64,000 bases of DNA, taken from positions 352,001 to 416,000 of the forward strand of contig OZ220090.1 of assembly GCA_964291625.2 (NCBI GenBank). The letters run 5' to 3'. Both the position numbers and the translations under genes were made by a program. Positions 58,595-64,000 of this stretch are shown here, piece after piece. The first letter of the stretch is position 1. Each line of letters opens with the position of its first letter. The stretch is from Candidatus Latescibacterota bacterium (lineage in GTDB: Bacteria; Latescibacterota; UBA2968; UBA8231). The notes beneath the pieces are model-generated. The model had not been told where the DNA came from. It was given only the letters and a program-made list of their open reading frames with translations, and made no database searches.

Positions 58595-61058
58595 CCGCTC
58601 AGGTCCGCGCACGGGTGGATGCGGACGAAGAGCTCGATGTCGAGGCCGGACTGTTGGTTCTTGGGGCACTCGAGGGGGACGAGGCGCTGGATCGTGCCCT
58701 GTCGGAGGATGCTGACGCTGCGGAAGCACGACCGGATGCAGAGGCCGATGCGGTCCAGGCCCCTGCGAGACGTGCGTACCTCGACAAGATCTCGGTCCAG
58801 GGGTTTCGCGGTATCGGCTCCGGTTGCGACCTGAAGATCACCCCCGGCCCCGGCCTTACGCTGGTTGTGGGGCGCAACGGCAGCGGCAAGTCGAGCTTCG
58901 CGGAAGCTCTGGAGCTCTTGCTGACCGGCAAGAACCGGCGCTGGGAGGACCGGTCGGCGGTCTGGAAGGAGGGTTGGCGGAACCTGCACTGGTCCGGATC
59001 CGGCGGAGATCGCGGCGACCTTTTCGGTCGAAGAGCGGCCACAGCCGCTTGCCGCAAGACGCGTGTGGGTGGAGGGTGCTGATCTGGATGCCGGCACCGA
59101 TGAGGTGGATGGTGTCCAGGGAGGCCAACTCCCGCGCCGCGGCCCTGGGCTGGGACGAGGCGATCGTCAGTCCTATCGTCCCGTTTCTGCCCTACAACGA
59201 ACTGGGATCGATTCCTGACTCCCGGCCTACGGAGCTCTACGACATGATGTCGGCGGCCCTGGGTCTGGAGGCGCTGGTGGAGGCTCGCCAGCGGTTGCGT
59301 CAGCGGAGACTTGACCGTGGCAAGCGGATTCGTACCGCGGAGGACGAACGGCGAGAGTGGTTCTCCCAGGTCGAGGGACTCGACGATGAACGGGCGCGGA
59401 CCTGCGCCCAGGCAATCAAGAGAGCCAAGTCGACCACATGGGATCTCGACGCGGTGGAACTGATCCTGGAGGGAGCACTCGAACCGGAGGGCGAGGGAGT
59501 AATCGCCCTGCTGGGTGAACTCGCCACCCTCCCCGTTCCGGGCGCCGAAGAAGTGCAGTTGGCGGCAGACGAGTTGCGGGCGGCTACAGAGGCTGTGAGG
59601 TCCGCCGAACGGACCGATGCCGGCCGCGCCCGGCAGACCGCCGACCTGCTCGACCGCGCACTTGTGGTGCACGCCGCACATGGAGATCAACCATGCCCGG
59701 TCTGCGGCTCCGGGGAGTTGACCGTTGAGTGGCGGTCGCGTACGGAGGCCGAAGTGGCACGCTTGCGTACAGAGGCGGGTACGGCGGACCAGGCTCAGAA
59801 GACGCTTGGCAGGGCTCGCCGTGCCGCCCAGGCCCTGGTGGCCGCGCCGCCGGAGATTCTGGGTCGTTCGGACACGGCGGGTCTCGACGCGACCGCCCTG
59901 CAGGAGGCCTGGAGAGGTTGGGCGGGTCTCCGGGAAGCAGCGGATGGCAGCCTGATCGAGCACCTGGCAGAGGAACACCGCAAGCTCGCCGCCACCGCGG
60001 ACTCGTTCCGGGCGCAGGCCGCCGCCGAGTTGGCGCGCCTGGAGGAAGCCTGGCGTCCCCTGGTCGATACCCTGCGCTCCTGGCTGCCAACCGCACGCGA
60101 CGCGGTGCAGGCTTCCCGGGTGGTCCCGTATCTGAGTAGCGCGGAGAAGTGGCTCAACTCGGAGACCGACCTGATCCGGGCCGAACGGTTCGGTCCCATT
60201 GCGAAGCGGGCCTCGGAGGTGTGGGAGACTCTGAGACAGAACAGCAGCGTGACGCTGGATCACCTCAAGCTCGAGGGTTCGGCGACCCAGCGTCATCTCG
60301 TCTTGGACGTCAGCGTCGACGGAACCGACGGGCAGGCCCTCGGAGTGATGAGCCAGGGCGAGATACACGCCCTTGCTCTCAGTCTGTTCCTGCCACGGGT
60401 GCTGCTGCCGGAATCCCCCTTCGGATTCGTCGTGATCGACGATCCGGTGCAGGCGATGGACCCGGGGAAAGTCGACGGTCTGGCGCGCGTGCTCTCCATG
60501 GTGTCCCAGGAGCGGCAGGTCGTCGTCTTCACCCATGACGAACGACTGCCCGAGTCGGTTCGTCGGCTGCAGATTCCGGCACAGGTGGTCGAAGTCACGC
60601 GCCAATCCGGCTCGCAGGTGGCGTGCCGGACCATCGGCGACCCGGTTGCGCAGTACCTGGCCGATGCCCGGGCGCTGCAGCACACCGACGACCTTCCGAC
60701 GGAAGCCGCGGCGCGGGCTTTGCCCCAGTTCTGCCGCCTGGCCATCGAAGCGGCGTGCACGGAGGTCGTCCGCCGCCGACGCATCGGGCGCGGTGAGCCG
60801 CACTCCGACACGGACGAGGTGTTGAACGACGCCCGCACGCTGACCCAGAAACTCGCCCTCGCTCTGTTCGACGACGTCGAGCGCGGAGGAGAGGTGCTGG
60901 CCCGTCTCAACAGGTCCGACTCCAGATGGGCCGATGCAGTCCGGTGGGCGAACCGGGGTGTGCACGGAGCTGCGGGGGGCACGCCGGACCTGGCGTCGAT
61001 GGTCGGGTCCACCGAGCGACTGGCAGGATGGCTCGTCATGCTCGATGGCAACCCATGA
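58573..61058 (+). CDS. SMC/Rad50-like ABC ATPase with a zinc hook and a possible HEPN-like tail; frameshifts near 59000 and 59120
   Basis: ISVQGFRGI, Walker A GRNGSGKSS, coiled coils around CPVC, signature MSQGE, Walker B/D-loop VVIDDPVQAMD, H-loop FTHD, C-terminal RWANRGVH. Confidence 0.8.
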
Positions 61059-61432
61059 CTCCCGTCGAGATCATCGATGCGGCCGACGCGCTGGTAGAAC
61101 CCCGCAACAGCAGCCGGGTACAAGGATGGCCGAGGATTGCAGCAGTGCTCTGCCGACATGCGATCGAGGAGGCCCTTCGGCAATACTGGTCCCTGCGCGA
61201 GCCCGGCCTGGACCGCTGCAGCGGACGCGCACAACTGCTGTGCCTCACCGTCTACCTGAGAGACCGCGACCTAGGCCGCGAGACTTTCTCCGCGTGGTCC
61301 GATCTGAGCCGTGCCTGTCACCACCACGCATACGAGCTCGCTCCGACAGCCGAGGAATTGCGGAACTTGCTGGACGTGGCACGGCGGTTCACGTGCGAGG
61401 TTTCGCGCCAGATTGCTGCCCACCGGACGTGA
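61055..61432 (+). CDS. Small HEPN-like helical protein
   Basis: 125 aa; ATGA overlap with the ATPase stop; WPRIAAVLCRHAIEEAL...LSRACHHHAYELAPT..EL (R-x-H motif). Confidence 0.6.
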   Translation: MTPVEIIDAADALVEPRNSSRVQGWPRIAAVLCRHAIEEALRQYWSLREPGLDRCSGRAQLLCLTVYLRDRDLGRETFSAWSDLSRACHHHAYELAPTAEELRNLLDVARRFTCEVSRQIAAHRT

Positions 61433-61464
61433 CTCCCATACGCCTGTCGCCGTGATCCGAGCGG

Positions 61465-61554
61465 CTCCTCGGCTGATCCACCGCCGCCCCCGCTGGCCCC
61501 CTGCGGTGGCAACGTCGACTGGGCCGACCTCGACGACTGACGGATCGTCGTCGC
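61465..61554 (+). repeat. Degenerate direct-repeat copy of the 5' end of the downstream DUF4838 gene
   Basis: The core GTCGACTGGGCCGACCTCGACGACTGACGGATCGTCGTCGC matches 62954-62994 at 37 of 41 nt; weaker similarity extends back to CTCCTCGGC. Confidence 0.7.
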
Positions 61555-61587
61555 CTACGAGCAGGCCGGGGCCTCTGAACAGGTGTC

Positions 61588-61616
61588 TTGACACGATCGA
61601 TTTATTGTTGTATATC
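61588..61616 (+). promoter_or_regulatory. Putative sigma70 promoter
   Basis: TTGACA-17 bp-TATATC in an AT-rich patch, 19 bp before ATG 61636. Confidence 0.45.
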
Positions 61617-61635
61617 CAACTGTCTGAGAGTGGAT

Positions 61636-62808
61636 ATGCAACAATTCGTGGATCGTCCCCGTTTGCTGGCCGCAGTCTCGGAGGGCCTTCGAGAGGCGCC
61701 GGTCGTCGCCCTGCTGGGCGCTCGGCAGGTTGGCAAGACCACGCTGGCCCGGCAGGTCGCGGCGGCGTGGCCGGGACCGACGAGGGTCCTCGATCTCGAA
61801 GTGGCCGCTGTCCGGGAGGGGCTCGCCCAGACGCCGGAGGCCGTCCTTCGCCATGGCGAAGGCCTGGTAGTCATCGACGAGGTGCAGCGGATGCCGGCCC
61901 TCTTCGAGATCCTGCGCCCGATCTGCGACGATCCGTCGCGCAAGGGGGTCTTTCTCCTGTTGGGCAGCGCTTCGTGGGATCTGATCCGGGGTGTCTCGGA
62001 AACCCTCGCGGGCCGGGTGCTGTTCGTCGATGTCGCCGGCTTCTCGCTCTCGGAGGTCGGTGCCGATCATCAACGTCGGCTGTGGATGCGAGGCGGTTTT
62101 CCGCGCGCCTGGCTGGCTTCGTCCTCCGCCGCATGGGGGCGATGGATGCAGGCCTTCACGCAGACATTCCTGGAGCGCGACATCCCCGGCCTGGGATCAC
62201 GCGTGTCGCCGGCCGCGATCGGTCGGTTCTGGCGGATGCTCGCCCACTCTCACGGTCAGGTCTGGAACGCGTCCTCGCTGGCGCGTTCCATGGACGCCAC
62301 CCCCACCTCCGTGAACCGCTACCGCGACCTGCTGGCCGGCACGTTCATGATTCGCGTCCTGCCGCCGTGGTTCGAGAACCTCGGCAAGCGGCTGGTGAAG
62401 TCGCCGAAGGTGTATCTGCGCGACAGCGGCATCCTGCACTTCCTGCTCGGGCTCGAGGATGCCGACGAGCTGCCGATGCATCCACGGTACGGCGCTAGCT
62501 GGGAAGGATTCGCCCTGGAACAGACCCTGGTCGCCCTCGGTGCTCGCGATGCCTTCTTTTACGCCACCCAGCGCGGCGCGGAGCTGGACCTGATGCTGCT
62601 GCGAAGGGGCAGGCGCTGGGGCTTCGAGTTCAAGTGCACCGACGCGCCCCGCACGACGAAGGCGATGCACATTGCCATCGAAGACCTCGGCCTGGAGCAC
62701 CTGTGGGTCGTCTACCCCGGCCGTCTCCGCTACCCGATCACGGACGGAATTACCGCACTGCCGCTGGCCGAAGTGGACGAGACCACCATCCGTACCTGCC
62801 CGGCGTAA
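61636..62808 (+). CDS. AAA_14 ATPase with a DUF4143 domain
   Basis: GARQVGKTT, IDEVQR, LLGSAS, ETLAGR, KRLVKSPKVYLRDSG, GASWEGF, ELDL..FEFK. Confidence 0.92.
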   Translation: MQQFVDRPRLLAAVSEGLREAPVVALLGARQVGKTTLARQVAAAWPGPTRVLDLEVAAVREGLAQTPEAVLRHGEGLVVIDEVQRMPALFEILRPICDDPSRKGVFLLLGSASWDLIRGVSETLAGRVLFVDVAGFSLSEVGADHQRRLWMRGGFPRAWLASSSAAWGRWMQAFTQTFLERDIPGLGSRVSPAAIGRFWRMLAHSHGQVWNASSLARSMDATPTSVNRYRDLLAGTFMIRVLPPWFENLGKRLVKSPKVYLRDSGILHFLLGLEDADELPMHPRYGASWEGFALEQTLVALGARDAFFYATQRGAELDLMLLRRGRRWGFEFKCTDAPRTTKAMHIAIEDLGLEHLWVVYPGRLRYPITDGITALPLAEVDETTIRTCPA

Positions 62809-62812
62809 CCTC

Positions 62813-64000
62813 GTGCCTGCATTGCGCGCCCGCGTCGAGCCCACCACACGGTGCCGCCGATGGCGTCCTCGAGGATCGGGGCCACCGACGGATCGCCTCC
62901 TCCTCCTCGGCCTCCTGATCACCGCCGCCTCCGCGGCCCCCCTGGCCGCCGCCGTCGACCTGGCCGACCTCCACGACTGGCGGATCGTCGTCGCGCCCGG
63001 CGCCATCGCCTCCGAGGAGTACGCGGCCGAGGAGCTCCGCGCGCACCTGGTCCTCGCCGGCGGCCCCGAGCTGCAGATCGTCTCCGCGGCTGAAGGCCCC
63101 GGCGGCCACTTCTTCATCGGCCCGGACGCCGCCAGCCAGAGTCCCGCCGGCTTCGATCCCGCCGACTACGGCCCCGAGGACCTGCGCATCGTCGTGCGGC
63201 CCGGGGCCATCGTCGTGGCCGGCGGCCGGCCGCGGGGGACCCTCTACGGGGTCTACACCTTCCTCGAGGATTACCTCGGCGTGCGCTTCGTCACCGCCGA
63301 CCACACCCACGTGCCGCCCCTGGGCCCGGAGCGCCGTATCGAGGCCGTGGACCGGGTCTACCGGCCGCCCCTGGAGTGGCGCTGGTCCGACTTCGAGAGC
63401 AACTACGCGCGCCCGGACTTCGCCGCCCGGCTGCGGCTGAACGCGGGGCGGGTCGAGGCCCTGCCCCCGGGCAGCGACGACTGGAGCCTGGTGGGCCGCT
63501 ACGGCGGCCGCTCTCCCGTGCACTTGGTGGAGCACTCCTTCAACGCCCTGCTGCCGCCCTCGGAGTACGCCGTCGACCATCCCGAGTACTACTGCCTCTT
63601 CGAGGGCGAGCGCTGGGCCCACCGCCGCTACGAGGACGGCCGCTTCCACGAGGACCTGCAGCCGTGCATGACCCACCCCGAGGTCCTGCGCCTGATCACC
63701 CGCGCGGCCCTGGGGCAGCTGGCGGCCCGCCCCCGCCAGATGGACGTCAGCGTCGGCCAGAACGACGGCAGCGTCTGGTGCCAGTGCCCGTCGTGCCGGG
63801 CGATCAACGAGCGCGAGGGCACGCCCATGGGCTCGCTGCTGACGCTGGTGAACGCGGTCGCCGACGAGGCGGCCGCCGCCCACCCGGGGCGGCTGGTCTC
63901 GACCCTGGCCTACGCCTACAGCGCGCCGCCGCCGCGCTCCCTGAGGCCGCGGGAGAACGTCCTGATCACTTGGTGCAGCATCGACGCCTGCTTCATCCAC
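62813..64000 (+). CDS. DUF4838 domain (glycoside hydrolase-like) exported protein; partial at window end, start uncertain
   Basis: Open frame RLLLLGLLITAASAAPLAAA..SEEYAAEEL..GGRPRGTLYGVY.FLEDYLGVRF...HSF..LLP...HPEYY...QPCMTHPEV...QNDG..WCQC..C...TLAYAYS. Confidence 0.8.
   Translation, partial: MPALRARVEPTTRCRRWRPRGSGPPTDRLLLLGLLITAASAAPLAAAVDLADLHDWRIVVAPGAIASEEYAAEELRAHLVLAGGPELQIVSAAEGPGGHFFIGPDAASQSPAGFDPADYGPEDLRIVVRPGAIVVAGGRPRGTLYGVYTFLEDYLGVRFVTADHTHVPPLGPERRIEAVDRVYRPPLEWRWSDFESNYARPDFAARLRLNAGRVEALPPGSDDWSLVGRYGGRSPVHLVEHSFNALLPPSEYAVDHPEYYCLFEGERWAHRRYEDGRFHEDLQPCMTHPEVLRLITRAALGQLAARPRQMDVSVGQNDGSVWCQCPSCRAINEREGTPMGSLLTLVNAVADEAAAAHPGRLVSTLAYAYSAPPPRSLRPRENVLITWCSIDACFIH
62903..62994 (+). 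repeat. Intact copy of the repeat, within the DUF4838 gene's signal peptide/N-terminus
   Basis: Partner of 61465-61554. Confidence 0.7.

Noticed and set aside
58573-61058. Housekeeping sbcC/recN/smc call
   Set aside because: No sbcD or scpAB neighbour; it has an extra C-terminal domain and sits in a defence island.
52380-62900. Integron cassette array explaining the small genes
   Set aside because: No integrase and no repeated attC-like palindromes could be found by eye.
1-64000. tRNA, rRNA, CRISPR array or prophage genes
   Set aside because: None recognised; intergenic spaces are short and show no repeat-spacer periodicity or cloverleaf motifs.

Overview
GC-rich (about 70% by eye) bacterial window. 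The gene content (DUF6785-type transporter, PhyH dioxygenases, BNR/sialidase-like proteins, FlgD/T9SS-like C-terminal sorting domains, PorV-like barrel, LRR N-cap protein) suggests an FCB-group organism such as Latescibacterota or Gemmatimonadota, possibly a marine or sponge symbiont; this is inference only. Bases 1-48.6 kb hold metabolic and transport genes: a strikingly eukaryote-like alkyl-DHAP synthase next to a DHRS7B/PexRAP-like reductase, an M16 peptidase, sialidases, a cyclase / M28-like::AAC(3) fusion / amidohydrolase / PIG-L operon, a candidate four-hairpin small RNA with its own promoter and terminator, amidase, PhyH-UxuA-PhyH, a Mo-hydroxylase large subunit, GH78 rhamnosidase, a LamG protein, and a TonB receptor / CTD cargo / PorV / TonB receptor / CNT nucleoside transporter locus. 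Bases 48.6-62.8 kb form a defence island: a type I R-M operon whose hsdM is split by an ISAzo13-family IS and fused to a PIN nuclease, with toxin-antitoxin remnants between the hsd genes, then a sulfotransferase, a zinc-hook SMC/Rad50-like ATPase coupled to a small HEPN-like gene, and an AAA_14/DUF4143 ATPase flanked by degenerate direct repeats. About a dozen genes carry small frameshifts, several in homopolymer or dinucleotide runs and probably long-read errors, so pseudogene calls are provisional. All family assignments come from motif recognition by eye; no searches were run.
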